In this document: piece after piece, positions 27,096-37,725 of the stretch | Layout: each line of letters begins with the position of its first letter | How positions within the stretch are numbered: the first letter of the stretch is position 1 | Virus record (IMG/VR): IMGVR_UViG_2931369376_000001 | Location: 16,994-80,993 of that record | Length of the DNA stretch: 64,000 bases | DNA from: a virus | Lineage: Duplodnaviria; Caudoviricetes | Reading direction: 5' to 3' (one strand) | Program-made: the position numbers and the translations under genes | Notes under the pieces: generated by a model | The model's input: the letters and a program-made list of their open reading frames with translations, nothing else | Told to the model about the DNA's origin: nothing | Databases searched by the model: none

Positions 27096-29009
27096 TTATG
27101 CCGCTAGGCGCTTGTAAAGCTCAATGATGTCCGCTGCGTTGGCGCCCACCAGCTGTTCGGGCTCTTCCGGACAGACGCTATTGCCGATCAGTCGAACCTG
27201 GTCGGTCTTATTGATAGGCAGCCATTGCTCAGCGCCAGTCACTGGATCAACGAACAGTCCGCGGTCAATGATGTAGTCCTTGCCGAAGCCCTGCGCCGCC
27301 TTCAGTTCCGGCGGTTGCAGCATGCGAAGCGTGATGTCCACCAGCACGTAGCCGCCGACCATCACCATGTCTGCGGGGTCCTTGAAGTGCTCCGGCAGAT
27401 ACTTGTGCATGAATGCTGCGCAGCGCTGGGCCCCCTCCAACTGCTCGGGCGTCAACGTGTTCGGCACCTGGGTCACCTCAACCAACGCCACCCGATCCTT
27501 CGTCGGCAGGGTATGCATTGGCTCTGTCAGTGAAATTCCATCCTTCTCGCTGCCGTAGTACTTCACCAGGTAGGCGCTCACCAGCCGTTGGTTGGCGCCG
27601 GACTGGCAGACAGTGGAAAGCGGCGCGTCAGCTGCGCGGCCATCCCCGTCATAAAATCCGCCGTTGGCCTGCTCGAAAAACGCGGCTGATATCGCATGAT
27701 GCCCGCTGCTGGTGGCGACAACCCCGAGTGGGTTTGCAACGTCAGCCCCTACCGATCCTTTACGCAGAGTGACCATGTTTGCGGCGACCAGCGCTTGCTC
27801 ACCGCGGTTAGCGCCGGTGACAGTGCGGAAAGGATCGTTCGGTGAGTACCCGCTGCGCTCACCATGATGCGTTAGGTGAGTCAGATGGCAGGCCGCCAAT
27901 GCAAAGTGACCACCTTTGACCTGGGCGACCTGCGTGCGCAAAGGTTCCTGGACATCGAAGTTGCGTTGAACCGAGCCATTGGCACACTCGGTAAGGAACG
28001 ACGCGGCAACCGGCTGCACCAACGCGTGATGTGTGCCGCCGGCACTGATAGTGGAAAGCGGTTCATCCGAGCTGTGGGTGCTGGTGTGGGCCGCCGACGT
28101 GCCACGCATCGGGACGATGAAGGGCTTCGCGCTGGTCAGCACATGCCGCCAGCAGCCCTTGGCCACGCGGCGCATCGTGTTCTCAGCCATTGGCTTCTCA
28201 CGGAAGATGGTGCGACCGAGTAGGCTCCAATCTATGCACTCCGCGGCTGCTCTCCATGGCAACTGATTTGCGGTCGGGTTCTTATGGCGCTTTGGCGCGG
28301 GCCAAACGATTGGCTTACCGTCGCTGCGGGCAACCAGGTACAGACGTTTGCGGATAGTCGGCGTGCCGGCGTTGGCCGCGATGCGCTCCCGCCATTCAAC
28401 GTTGTAACCCAGTCCGCGCACCAGTGCCTCCATGGGCACGAACTCGCCAATCGCTTGCATGATCTCCGGCATATCCGGGTGATCGGCGGGAAGCCCCGTG
28501 CTGAGTGCGGCAATGAATGCCTTGAACGTGCGGCCCCGCTCTGCCTTGATCGGCTGACCTTCATCGTCGATCGGCCCCCAATCGCAAAATTCCTCGACGT
28601 TCTCCAGGAACATCAGCCGCGGTCTGGTGGCATGCGCCCAGCGCACAACGACCCAGGCCAGTCCACGGACGCCACGATCGCGCGGCGCACCGCCCTTGGC
28701 TTTGCTGTGATGCCGGCAATCTGGCGATGCCCAAAGGATGCCAACCGGCTGGCCCCCCGTAGCCTGTACTGGGTCAACCTCGAACACGTCAGCGACGTAG
28801 TGCGCCGTCTTTGGGTGGTTGGCACGGTGCACCGCGAGGGCGATTGGGTTGTGGTTTACAGCCACATCAGGCTCACGGTACGCCCGGGCGATGCCGGTAC
28901 TGGCGCCGCCACCGCCGGCGAACAGGTCAACCACCAGCTCTTGCTCAAAAGGCAGGCCCATGCTCGGCTGGCGGGCGTTGATCTTTGGAAATTTCTGTTG
29001 TGCGGACAT
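27096..29009 (-). CDS. dcm: C5-cytosine DNA methyltransferase
   Basis: DLFAGGGG (motif I), SPDC (catalytic PC), ENV (motif VI), RKRLY, IGNSVCP. Confidence 0.92.
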   Translation of the reverse strand: MSAQQKFPKINARQPSMGLPFEQELVVDLFAGGGGASTGIARAYREPDVAVNHNPIALAVHRANHPKTAHYVADVFEVDPVQATGGQPVGILWASPDCRHHSKAKGGAPRDRGVRGLAWVVVRWAHATRPRLMFLENVEEFCDWGPIDDEGQPIKAERGRTFKAFIAALSTGLPADHPDMPEIMQAIGEFVPMEALVRGLGYNVEWRERIAANAGTPTIRKRLYLVARSDGKPIVWPAPKRHKNPTANQLPWRAAAECIDWSLLGRTIFREKPMAENTMRRVAKGCWRHVLTSAKPFIVPMRGTSAAHTSTHSSDEPLSTISAGGTHHALVQPVAASFLTECANGSVQRNFDVQEPLRTQVAQVKGGHFALAACHLTHLTHHGERSGYSPNDPFRTVTGANRGEQALVAANMVTLRKGSVGADVANPLGVVATSSGHHAISAAFFEQANGGFYDGDGRAADAPLSTVCQSGANQRLVSAYLVKYYGSEKDGISLTEPMHTLPTKDRVALVEVTQVPNTLTPEQLEGAQRCAAFMHKYLPEHFKDPADMVMVGGYVLVDITLRMLQPPELKAAQGFGKDYIIDRGLFVDPVTGAEQWLPINKTDQVRLIGNSVCPEEPEQLVGANAADIIELYKRLAA

Positions 29010-29075
29010 ACGGATCCTCGCCGGTTGGCGTAATTCAAGTTCTGTGACGATTGTTTGGTGACTGTCGGTGGCGGG

Positions 29076-29282
29076 TTACAAGTGCAACCGGTCCTTGATC
29101 TCGGTGTACTGGTCAGCACTCAGCCTGTTGGCGTTCATGGCTTCGCGGAGCAACGTTTGAGCGGCGGCCAGGTGCTTTTTGGTACCGGCGCCAGCGAAGC
29201 TCTCAATGGTGTTCTCAAGGTGGGCCCGGGTACGGAACGTGAGGCCGTTCGACGTCCAGGGGAATTTCTGCTGTCCAGTCAT
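29076..29282 (-). CDS. Hypothetical protein
   Basis: Coupled ORF. Confidence 0.6.
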   Translation of the reverse strand: MTGQQKFPWTSNGLTFRTRAHLENTIESFAGAGTKKHLAAAQTLLREAMNANRLSADQYTEIKDRLHL

Positions 29283-29701
29283 AAAGCACCTTCGGCCTGG
29301 TTGGCGTTGCGGAATTCGACAAAGCAGCGCGCCAGGTCCTCGGCGCCGTTCTGCACAAGATCGGGGGTATCGGTGAGGTATGGCAGGGCCAGCTCCATCA
29401 GGCGCAAGGCTTCGGCCAGCGTGCTTTGCAGGGCAGCTTCCCGGGGCTGAGAGGTGGCCACCACCTCAGGGGTTTGGTTGGGGATGTGGTTGATAAGCCC
29501 CATCGCCTGGACACAGCGCAGTGCTTCACGCACCGGCATACGGCTGACGCCGTAATGGTCTGCGATTTCCTGCTGAATCAGCCGCGTGCCCATCGGCAGC
29601 TGGCCGGTGGTGATGGCTTCGGCGAGCTGCGCGGCAATGAACAGTCCGTCTACGGGATGTGCCGGGGCCGGGCCCAGCGCTTTCAGCAGGACTTCGCTCA
29701 T
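29279..29701 (-). CDS. GntR-type winged-HTH protein
   Basis: GQLPMGTRLIQQEIADHYGVSRMPVREAL. Confidence 0.8.
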   Translation of the reverse strand: MSEVLLKALGPAPAHPVDGLFIAAQLAEAITTGQLPMGTRLIQQEIADHYGVSRMPVREALRCVQAMGLINHIPNQTPEVVATSQPREAALQSTLAEALRLMELALPYLTDTPDLVQNGAEDLARCFVEFRNANQAEGAL

Positions 29702-30459
29702 TTTGCGGGCTCCTGCGGTGCGTTCTGCGCCACGATCGCCTTTGCTGCGTGGTTGATCATGTACAGGCACTGCATCAAGCCGTGGGCCGGCTCATCGACG
29801 CGGTGCTCATACCATTCATCACCCAGGCAAAGCACCTCTGAGTTATCACGCATGAACAGCTGCGCTTCTTCGGCGAAGCCGATCTCCGTGGCGGTATCGA
29901 GTAAGTCATCCCATTGCAACCAACGGTCATCGGCGTGGGACGTATCGCGGCGCTTCGCCAACACGACTTCGCGGAACTCCATCCAATGCTTGCCTTCGAC
30001 CTGATCAGGGTCTTGCAGCCATGCAGGCAGAGAGTCGAACAGTTCCTCGGCGCAGGTGCTTTGCAACTCCTGGGCGATGCTGCGCATCAGCACTTCGCGG
30101 AATAGCTCTTCACTAAAATCACGCTTCTTGCACCTCTCATCGAGCTTGGTGTGGAGGTAGTAAGAAACGTCATCGCCGGCGAGAAAATTCAGGCCGTAGC
30201 CGAGCCCGACCGAAAAGGTCAAATTGTCGATATCGCCAACTACAGCGATGCCGAAGCGGGTCATCATGATGTCGAAGGCATAGGCGTTGGTCTGCGGTGC
30301 TTTGCAGCGCCAGACAACAACGTTTTCCTGCTGCACGAGACAGGTGTATTGGTGCTGAGCCAAGTACTCGGCGGCACGGGCCTGATATTCCTGCTCAGTC
30401 TTTTTGCGTTTGGCTATAAAGGCCTGGCGAAATTGTTCGGTATCCATGGGAATTTCCAT
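29698..30459 (-). CDS. Phage hypothetical protein
   Basis: Long coupled ORF. Confidence 0.65.
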   Translation of the reverse strand: MEIPMDTEQFRQAFIAKRKKTEQEYQARAAEYLAQHQYTCLVQQENVVVWRCKAPQTNAYAFDIMMTRFGIAVVGDIDNLTFSVGLGYGLNFLAGDDVSYYLHTKLDERCKKRDFSEELFREVLMRSIAQELQSTCAEELFDSLPAWLQDPDQVEGKHWMEFREVVLAKRRDTSHADDRWLQWDDLLDTATEIGFAEEAQLFMRDNSEVLCLGDEWYEHRVDEPAHGLMQCLYMINHAAKAIVAQNAPQEPAK

Positions 30460-30502
30460 TGCAGGCACCACCGCCCTGACCAGGCGGCAGCGCATCCTTG
30501 TT

Positions 30503-31510
30503 TCAGGCCTTGGCCCGCTTCAGTTGGTCTACCAGCGCCATCGGCAGCCCGCGCAAGGTCAGCGTGCCGCCCTCGGCATCGAACTCAATCTTGGAGCCCA
30601 GCAGGTGTGCTTCGAAGCTGATCGACATACCTTCGGCGCGGCCAGTGAAGCGGCGGAACTGGTTGAGGGTGCGTTTGTCAGCTGGGATCTCCGGCGACAA
30701 GCCATAGTCCTTGTTGCGGATGAAGTCGTAGAAGGCTTTCGGTCGGTCATCGTCGATCGCTTCAGACAGCTCTTCGAGTCCCATCGGCTCGCCAAGCTTG
30801 GCCTGGCTGCTGGCGTAGCACACCAGGGCGTGGGTTTTCTCCCGGGCAGAGTCCTCCGGCAGTTCCTCGCTCGCCACGTAGTCTGCAAAGGCTTTGAGCA
30901 ACGTGCGCGTTTCACCCGGGGCGTCGATTCCCTCCTGGCAACCGATAAAATCGCGGAAGTACTCGTTGACCTTCCGGCCCTGCTTGCCCTTGATGTACGA
31001 AATGTACTGACGCGATTTTGGGTTGTTTTTCCACTCGGTGACGTTGATGCGCGCTGCCAGACGGATGTGGTCCAGGTCCAGGCGCTTGATCGTCATCAGG
31101 CTCAGCTCTTCGGTCATGGTCACCGCTTCGGTTTCCTGGACCAGCGCGATGGCCAGGTATTCGGTCAGGCCCTGCTGGTAATGGCAGAAAAGCGCATGAC
31201 CACCGGTGATCAGGTTCGATTCCTCCATCAGCTTGACCAGGTGCTCCACAGCGATGGTGCTGAACTCAAGGAAGTCGCTCCCGCCAGCCAAGTACTTGTC
31301 CAGCCAGCCACTGAGCGGATAGGCACCTGATTCCGCATGGAAGAGCCCCCAGGCCTTGCCGGTGGTGGCGTTGTAGCTTTCGTTGAACTGACTCATGAGG
31401 TCATCACGGGCCTGGCTCTCGACTTGCTCAGCACTGCCGAGGAACAGGACCGCGGGGGTGCCGTCGGGCTTTTTGTCGATCTTATGGATTGCGGTGTGGC
31501 GAATGGGCAT
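30503..31510 (-). CDS. ndpA: Nucleoid-associated protein NdpA/YejK family
   Basis: [38 protein letters not shown]. Confidence 0.9.
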   Translation of the reverse strand: MPIRHTAIHKIDKKPDGTPAVLFLGSAEQVESQARDDLMSQFNESYNATTGKAWGLFHAESGAYPLSGWLDKYLAGGSDFLEFSTIAVEHLVKLMEESNLITGGHALFCHYQQGLTEYLAIALVQETEAVTMTEELSLMTIKRLDLDHIRLAARINVTEWKNNPKSRQYISYIKGKQGRKVNEYFRDFIGCQEGIDAPGETRTLLKAFADYVASEELPEDSAREKTHALVCYASSQAKLGEPMGLEELSEAIDDDRPKAFYDFIRNKDYGLSPEIPADKRTLNQFRRFTGRAEGMSISFEAHLLGSKIEFDAEGGTLTLRGLPMALVDQLKRAKA

Positions 31511-31566
31511 TTTCGTTTTCCTTGAGAGGGGACTGGCTCGCCACCCGCGGCGAGCCGGCGCAGGGG

Positions 31567-32340
31567 TTACAGGCCGTAGGAGTGGTCCCCTTCACGGCAG
31601 TCGATAATCAGCTTCGCAGCCCCGAAATACAGGGCCGCAATCTGCCGTTTCCATTTGGAAGTCATGCCGAAATGGCGCCCGATAGGCTCGCCCTCCAGCA
31701 ATGCGCTATACACCTCGCCGTACTCATGCCCCCGGTCGGTGTGCCCGGTGATGCGTACACTGATGCGATTGGCATAATCGATTTCTGAGCGAGTACGCTC
31801 CCGCATTTCGTGGCGGTCGCGGTAGCTGGTTTCGGGCTCGGGATCGAAGAGGATGTGCACGTAGCGCTGACGTATGCCGTCGGCTTCGCTGATGGTCACA
31901 TGTGGGAAATGCCAGCCCTTTTCGGCGGCTTTTTCCTGGTGAACTTCAACAAAAGACTCGAGCAGATGGTTCAGGCTGATGAACTCGGGAATCATGTCGT
32001 CGTGCAGGACTTCATCGATTGCCTTTTCTGCCCTGCGGAGCATGTCACCGGTGACACCTGCGTCCATCCAGCGGTCTTTGAGCGCTGTAATGATCAGGTC
32101 GTTGTAGCGCGGCAGCTCGATCACGTTGCTGATATTCGATGGCAGCGCCTTGGCGATCTCTTCACGGACCTTGCCGCTGAAGGAACCGTGGGGGCTGAAG
32201 GCGTCCTTCAGGGCTTCGGTAAACAAACGCTCCACACAGGCACTGATGACCTCGCCCGGGCGGGTACTGTTGGAGAACGCGACGACATGCTCTGTCAGTA
32301 CGTCCTCCAATGATTTCTTTCTCGCAGCAGCTGCACACAT
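31567..32340 (-). CDS. Phage hypothetical protein
   Basis: Long ORF upstream of ndpA. Confidence 0.65.
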   Translation of the reverse strand: MCAAAARKKSLEDVLTEHVVAFSNSTRPGEVISACVERLFTEALKDAFSPHGSFSGKVREEIAKALPSNISNVIELPRYNDLIITALKDRWMDAGVTGDMLRRAEKAIDEVLHDDMIPEFISLNHLLESFVEVHQEKAAEKGWHFPHVTISEADGIRQRYVHILFDPEPETSYRDRHEMRERTRSEIDYANRISVRITGHTDRGHEYGEVYSALLEGEPIGRHFGMTSKWKRQIAALYFGAAKLIIDCREGDHSYGL

Positions 32341-32371
32341 AGTGTTACTCCCTTCTTCACACTCGTGAAAA

Positions 32372-32728
32372 TCAGTCGATGGCGTGAGCAACATCCAGCA
32401 TCACCCGACGCCCAATGAACGGCTCAAGCCGGCGCGCCAGCAGAGAGGCCAATTCCAGCCACCCCGCCTTTGCCAATCCGATCCTGCTGCCCTCCAGCGC
32501 CTCAACCAGAATCACCGTGTTCGTGCGGTCCATTTCCACCGCCAGACCCGCTTCCAGTCGCTGCGCCAGTTCAGCGGCAGCGCGCGCCCAAACGTCGGCG
32601 CAGAACGACGGCTCTTCAGCCGCCTGGAAGGTTTCAAGCATCACCTGGGTGGCGGACAGGAACCGGAGCCGGTCGAGCAGGAAGCCCGCTGCAACACGGC
32701 TGATAAGCATTGGTGAATTCATCGTCAA
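32372..32728 (-). CDS. Hypothetical protein
   Basis: First gene after promoter copy C. Confidence 0.55.
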   Translation of the reverse strand: MTMNSPMLISRVAAGFLLDRLRFLSATQVMLETFQAAEEPSFCADVWARAAAELAQRLEAGLAVEMDRTNTVILVEALEGSRIGLAKAGWLELASLLARRLEPFIGRRVMLDVAHAID

Positions 32729-32754
32729 AGCCCTGGATGGCTAACCGTCCATGA

Positions 32755-32791
32755 CATAATGACACAACATCACAATATCACAATAGCGTTT
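32755..32791 (-). promoter_or_regulatory. Bipartite early promoter/operator, copy C
   Basis: Plus strand CATAATGACA-N12-ATCACAATAGCGTTT. Confidence 0.7.
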
Positions 32792-32823
32792 TTGTGTTAT
32801 TGCGTTTCGCCATCCTCACTGGC

Positions 32824-33249
32824 CTATGCCGCGCCACGGTGTTCATGTTCATGGTCCTGGTACTGCTGGCTGCTGTACCAACGCGCCAGAAGGGCCCGGA
32901 CTTCTTCAGGTACGTCTCGCCCCGCCACCTCGACCATTTGCACGCAGGCCTCAAGCAGCACGATCTCCCGGGCGTATTCGGCGATAAAGTCGGCCTTGTT
33001 GCCGTGTACCGCCTTCATCGACTTGATAGGGCCGGTACCGGGCTGGTGGTGGCCGGCACAGAGCGGCAGCACGTACCAATGCGCGTGCTTTTTCGTGCGG
33101 CCATCGCAGTGATGGATTGACACATAGGCGTGCTCTTCGTAATTGCGCGGCCTCCCGTCCAGGATGCAGCAGATGCAACCGCACACGTCCGCCACGGTGT
33201 CATGCCACCGCTGCTCGCCCATCGTCTTGGTTCTTCCGTCCATTGCCAT
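32824..33249 (-). CDS. ref: Ref-family recombination-enhancement HNH nuclease
   Basis: GRTKT.GEQR..CICC..VSIHHCDGRT..LPLCAGHHQ matches the P1 Ref core. Confidence 0.85.
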   Translation of the reverse strand: MAMDGRTKTMGEQRWHDTVADVCGCICCILDGRPRNYEEHAYVSIHHCDGRTKKHAHWYVLPLCAGHHQPGTGPIKSMKAVHGNKADFIAEYAREIVLLEACVQMVEVAGRDVPEEVRALLARWYSSQQYQDHEHEHRGAA

Positions 33250-33260
33250 GCTCACCACCC

Positions 33261-34358
33261 CTACGCGGTCAGTCGGTCTTTCATAGAGCCGCCCACAATC
33301 CGCCCGAGCTGAGCCCTGGCTTGTTTGGCGACTTCGGTTATCTCGGGCCTTGCGCCGGCCTTTGGTGCGGGCGCTGCTGTCACGGGCACGGCCTTGGCGG
33401 CGGCCTCCACGACCTTTTCGGTATCGGCCCTGCGGGCGCGCTGTTTCTCGTGCGCCTGGGCCTTCACCACGTAGGATTCGCAGTGACGGAGCAATGAGCT
33501 GATGGGGTGGCAATTGTCGGCAATAGCGGGAGTCTTCACCGCTTCGACGTAGTAGCGCGCTGTGAGGGGGGCAATGTCCTGCCCAATCCGCTCGACCAAC
33601 TTCGCCATCTGCCCGCCTATGGTGGCGTTGTAGATGGGCCACTGGTGATACCTGGTGTTGAATGCGATGGCATAGGCCAGCCAGGCGGCAAAGGTTTTGC
33701 TGGCCGGGCTCTGCGGATAGTTGTCTGGCGCCAGCGATAACGCTTTGCGCTCGTCGTCATCAAGCGAGTCTTGAGGGCTAGCTCCCACAGTGCCGCCCAA
33801 TGAAATAGGGATGTTTGCCGCTGTTTGAGCCGACTTCGCTCCCACAGAGCCATCGGTGAGATTCTTTACTGCTTTTTCAATGCTAACTGCTTGTTTATTA
33901 ATAACTAAAGCGTCGGGATTTGCCGGGTCCGGCTGAGCCGTATTCGGTGAATCCGCTACCGGCGCGACCGTTTCCGTGTTTTCCGTAAACGGTTGGCTCT
34001 TGCTCTTTTTCTGGCTGGCCATGAAAGCCGCACCGGCATCCAGGTCCGGGTTTTCCGACACTTCGTAGGTCATTCCCTGGAAGGCACCGCCCTGCCGGTC
34101 GTACTGGCGAACCACGTACCCGGCCATTTGCAGCTCCTTGAGAATGCCGTACACCTTGTCACGGCCAGAACGCCGCCCCAGGCAGTTGCGGGTACGCGCC
34201 AACAGATCCTCGATGCGGACTTCCCAGTGGTCTGGCTTGCTCAGCAGGTACACCAGCATCCCCCGAGCTTCCCAGCTCAGGCGGTTGTCTTCGATGGTGG
34301 TGGTTGGAAGGACGTAGAATTGGCTTTTGCGGGCAGCGCGAATGATGCTCATAGGCAC
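33261..34358 (-). CDS. Phage replication initiator (HTH, replisome-organizer type)
   Basis: IEDNRLSWEARGMLVYLLSKPDHW..EDL..GRD..Y.IL.EL..AGY N-terminal wHTH. Confidence 0.75.
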   Translation of the reverse strand: MPMSIIRAARKSQFYVLPTTTIEDNRLSWEARGMLVYLLSKPDHWEVRIEDLLARTRNCLGRRSGRDKVYGILKELQMAGYVVRQYDRQGGAFQGMTYEVSENPDLDAGAAFMASQKKSKSQPFTENTETVAPVADSPNTAQPDPANPDALVINKQAVSIEKAVKNLTDGSVGAKSAQTAANIPISLGGTVGASPQDSLDDDERKALSLAPDNYPQSPASKTFAAWLAYAIAFNTRYHQWPIYNATIGGQMAKLVERIGQDIAPLTARYYVEAVKTPAIADNCHPISSLLRHCESYVVKAQAHEKQRARRADTEKVVEAAAKAVPVTAAPAPKAGARPEITEVAKQARAQLGRIVGGSMKDRLTA

Positions 34359-34627
34359 CCACCGTGGAGGCAGGAAGCACGGGCAACAGTCTGATTTGCT
34401 GCGTTGGAAAGGCGGGAATGCCTCTCAAAAATCGCAAAAAGAAGGATTGCAAAGCGCAGTGAGGCTTTGCTATGGAAGCAATTATGGTAAAGTCGGAACA
34501 CGGTGCTCGACATCTCCTGAGGTTATTGGGCGATGGAGCGGTTCCCACGGCTGACAGCTTTGATAAAAAGCAGGCCTAAAGCATGGAAGGCTTGGTGGTG
34601 CAAAAGGTTTAAGCATCGTATGCGTTT

Positions 34628-34671
34628 AAAAAAAGAACCTTCGCTTGCCGGCGGACCAGGTTCTTTTTTTT
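34628..34671. terminator. Bidirectional terminator in the rep leader
   Basis: A7-GAACCT...AGGTTC-T-tract. Confidence 0.6.
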
Positions 34672-34737
34672 TGCCTCTAATTCAGTGGATCACGGATAAG
34701 CAGGGCGCTGTATACCATACAGGCGCATTGCCATCCA

Positions 34738-34766
34738 ATTAATCCCTTATCCCCGGACATTGTAAA
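34738..34766 (-). promoter_or_regulatory. Leftward promoter with the operator in its spacer
   Basis: TTTACA-17 nt-ATTAAT; the spacer contains TGTCCGGGGATA (34748-34759). Confidence 0.6.
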
Positions 34767-34768
34767 TA

Positions 34769-34784
34769 CTGTTCTTTTGAACAG
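34769..34784. promoter_or_regulatory. LexA-type box
   Basis: CTGTTCTTTTGAACAG fits CTGT-N8-ACAG and is palindromic. Confidence 0.5.
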
Positions 34785-34795
34785 TCCCGCCCAGT

Positions 34796-35320
34796 TCAAG
34801 ATTGCAGAGGCAGCTTTTTCAGCTTCAGTCTCGCCTTCTGGTAGAACGTTTCCGACACCCCACGCAACCCGAAACAAGCTTGCTCAAGCTGTTCAAAATT
34901 GCGCTTTCCAACTGCTCCCGCAGCCGCCTCACCCCGCACATCGGCCATACGCTTCAAACGCTTGGCACGGCAAAGCGATGCCCGTAGCTCAGGGTATGGA
35001 TAGGGCTGGTCAAGGTAGCCAAACGGCAGCCCCGCGGCCTCTTCGACCTTTCTAGCCAGGAACTCAGGGAACCCACCCCGGTCTTGCATCGCCTGAGTGA
35101 TCTGGTTCGCAAGGGCATGGCATTCCGCATCAGGCAGATGCGTGAACAACGCGCGAATGCCCCTCGGACTATGCAGGTCTGAGTACAGGCTAAAGCGCTG
35201 TTGTCGTGCCCGCTTCCCGGCGTCCACCGCTTCCCTCGCGGTACTGGCGCCTTCAAACACTTCTAGGTTCATGCTCAAGATTCCATTAGAAAACCGTGGG
35301 TAATTTACGCGCAACCCCAT
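34796..35320 (-). CDS. Putative repressor-like protein
   Basis: LARKVEEAAGLPFGYLDQP resembles the tail of phage repressor HTH domains. Divergent from rdgC. Confidence 0.5.
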   Translation of the reverse strand: MGLRVNYPRFSNGILSMNLEVFEGASTAREAVDAGKRARQQRFSLYSDLHSPRGIRALFTHLPDAECHALANQITQAMQDRGGFPEFLARKVEEAAGLPFGYLDQPYPYPELRASLCRAKRLKRMADVRGEAAAGAVGKRNFEQLEQACFGLRGVSETFYQKARLKLKKLPLQS

Positions 35321-35390
35321 AAAAACGCTATTAAACTTTGGAAAACCTGTTTACTCTTCTCGATCTGGAAAAGCGAGCCGCAAACATACC

Positions 35391-35416
35391 TGTCCGGGGA
35401 TCTTTAGGGACAGGAC
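35391..35416 (+). promoter_or_regulatory. Extended operator upstream of the rdgC operon
   Basis: TGTCCGGGGAT-CTTTA-GGGACAGGAC. Confidence 0.6.
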
Positions 35417-35507
35417 ACAATAAGAACGGCTCCTATTGAGGGGGCAATTCCCAGTTCAGCAAATGTGCGGCTCATGGCCTTGCAGCCACCATCAGTAAGG
35501 AAACAGT

Positions 35508-36635
35508 ATGTTTTTCACGAATCTCACGCTCTACCGCATCACCCAGGACATCGACCTTTCAGCCCACAGGCTGGAAACGGCTCTGGCATCCAAGAAGGCC
35601 CGCCCCTGCGCTACGCAAGAAATGACCACCTATGGTTTTGTGGCGCCCTTCGGCAAAGGCGAAGAAGCCCCCTTGGTGCACGTCAGTGGCGATTTCCTCC
35701 TGGTGAGCACCCGCAAGGAAGAACGCATCTTGCCGGGCAGCGTGGTGCGCGATGCACTGAGGGAAAAAGTCGAAGAGATCGAGGCCGAGCAACTGCGCAA
35801 GGTCTACAAAAAAGAGCGCGACCAGATCAAGGACGAGATCATCCAGGCCTTTCTGCCCCGGGCTTTCATTCGCCGCAGCACCACCTTCGCCGCAATCGCC
35901 CCGAAACTGGGCCTGGTGATCGTCAATACGCCAAGCGCCAAACGCGCGGAGGATTTGCTATCAACGCTGCGTGAGGTGTTGGGCTCTCTGCCGGTACGCC
36001 CGGTAACGGTGAAGATCGCGCCAACCGCAAGCCTCACCGATTGGGTGAGAGCTCAAGAGGCCCCTGATGATTTCTTCGTGCTTGATGACTGCGAGCTGCG
36101 CGACACCCACGAGGATGGCGGCAGCGTGCGGTGCAAGCGCCAGGACATGACCGGCGAAGAGGTGCAACTGCACGTCAGCACCGGGAAGGTCATCACCCAG
36201 CTGTCGCTAGCCTGGCAGGACAAACTCTCGTTCGTGCTTGACGACAAAATGGTCATCAAGCGCCTGAAATTCGAAGCCTTGCTGACCGATCAGGCCCAAC
36301 AGGACGGTGGCGACGATGCACTGGGGCAGTTGGACGCCAGCTTTACCCTGATGATGCTCACCTTCGCGAGTTTCCTTCCCGCACTACTGGACGCACTCGG
36401 CGGCGAAGAGCGTCCACAAGAGTTTGCGGCTGCCCCAGCGGCACCTCCCGCCGGCACCGACGACGAACTGCTGCCCAAGGCGATCGCCTACGTTCGCGAA
36501 TCACGCCAGGCCTCAACCAGCGCTATACAGCGCCACCTACGGATTGGCGTCAACCGCGCTTCGCGCCTTCTGGAAAGGATGCAAGCGGACGGCATCGTGA
36601 GCCCTCTCGACAACGGTGTCAGAACCGTTCTGTGA
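35508..36635 (+). CDS. rdgC: RdgC (P1 HrdC-like) fused to an FtsK-gamma domain
   Basis: [33 protein letters not shown]-terminal [47 protein letters not shown]. Confidence 0.9.
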   Translation: MFFTNLTLYRITQDIDLSAHRLETALASKKARPCATQEMTTYGFVAPFGKGEEAPLVHVSGDFLLVSTRKEERILPGSVVRDALREKVEEIEAEQLRKVYKKERDQIKDEIIQAFLPRAFIRRSTTFAAIAPKLGLVIVNTPSAKRAEDLLSTLREVLGSLPVRPVTVKIAPTASLTDWVRAQEAPDDFFVLDDCELRDTHEDGGSVRCKRQDMTGEEVQLHVSTGKVITQLSLAWQDKLSFVLDDKMVIKRLKFEALLTDQAQQDGGDDALGQLDASFTLMMLTFASFLPALLDALGGEERPQEFAAAPAAPPAGTDDELLPKAIAYVRESRQASTSAIQRHLRIGVNRASRLLERMQADGIVSPLDNGVRTVL

Positions 36636-36952
36636 CTGCACTGCCCGACGAGCCCCCACGCTCGCCGAATACGCCAAGGATTAGCGAAATGATCGTAACT
36701 TTTGATGGCCGCCGTGAAACCAACAGCGGCGATAAGCCAAACAAACCAGTGAAATGGACAGGCAGTTTTGTCGTAACAGACCAGTCGGGGAATTCCCTGG
36801 AGGCGACATGGGAGCCGAACGGGGTACCCCGCATGAATTACCAGGGCGCCCGCAACAACGCGACGTCGCTCATTGAAAGTTTGAAGGCTCGACTCTTCGA
36901 ACAACACAAACAGCCGATCCGGAAGGCGGCTTATACATTGACATCCAGATGA
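36632..36952 (+). CDS. Hypothetical protein
   Basis: GTGA-coupled. Confidence 0.55.
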   Translation: MTALPDEPPRSPNTPRISEMIVTFDGRRETNSGDKPNKPVKWTGSFVVTDQSGNSLEATWEPNGVPRMNYQGARNNATSLIESLKARLFEQHKQPIRKAAYTLTSR

Positions 36953-37428
36953 GATATTACGAGATCGAGGGCGCCGACTTGCGGTTGCCGCAGTTCCTGG
37001 TTTCCCCCCAGGTCAGCACGCGCATACAGAGCGGGAAGGCCCGCTTGATGATTCTCCCCTTCCGTCCTCAGCCGTCCGTTTGTACGGGCGCGCTGGAGCG
37101 GTTCGGCCTGGATTCTTTTACCGATGACGACCTGTTGGCAGCCGCTCGCCTGGCATTCAACTGGGGGCTGATCCCACCCCCAATCCCGGTCGGTTATGCG
37201 TTCGAGCTCAAACATGAATTCGTACCAGAAAAGAGCCGCAAATTTGGTACGGGGATAGTGCGACAAATGGGCATAACTCGGCTTCTTGATATAACCGCCA
37301 AGCATTGGAAGCTTGGAGGGTACACAAGCCGGAACGACTTCCATTCATATTGGCACCAGGCTGCCGCTGACCTCAGCGAGCATCCAAACCCATGGTGCTG
37401 GCTGATCGAATTCACCTTCAAGGGGTAA
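36949..37428 (+). CDS. ASCH/PUA-like protein
   Basis: ITRLLDIT....GGY....F...W......NPWCWLIEF pattern. Confidence 0.55.
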   Translation: MRYYEIEGADLRLPQFLVSPQVSTRIQSGKARLMILPFRPQPSVCTGALERFGLDSFTDDDLLAAARLAFNWGLIPPPIPVGYAFELKHEFVPEKSRKFGTGIVRQMGITRLLDITAKHWKLGGYTSRNDFHSYWHQAAADLSEHPNPWCWLIEFTFKG

Positions 37429-37431
37429 ACC

Positions 37432-37725
37432 GTGGAAATACCTGTGATCGCAGCGCTACTCCTGCACGTCATCTGGCTTGCGCGTTCCTACCAGCATGCG
37501 AAACCTGAAATGATGCAACGGGTTCGGACTGCCAGTGCCCTCAGCTCGCTGATTCTGACAACTTGGCTATTCTGTTTGATCTACAGCCGTGTGAGCGATT
37601 TGGCAGACCTAAATTTTAAATTCAGCGCACAACCTGGTGGTCGTGAGGTTGTGCGCGTCATATCTTCCCCCGACAATTCAGTTTGTTACGCTGAAATCGG
37701 CACTTTTGACGATTTCCTGAAATGA
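37432..37725 (+). CDS. Small membrane protein (2 TM)
   Basis: Two hydrophobic segments. Confidence 0.55.
   Translation: MEIPVIAALLLHVIWLARSYQHAKPEMMQRVRTASALSSLILTTWLFCLIYSRVSDLADLNFKFSAQPGGREVVRVISSPDNSVCYAEIGTFDDFLK

Noticed and set aside
34533-34742. Plus-strand 69-aa ORF in the control region
   Set aside because: It runs through a terminator hairpin and regulatory palindromes and has a weak RBS.
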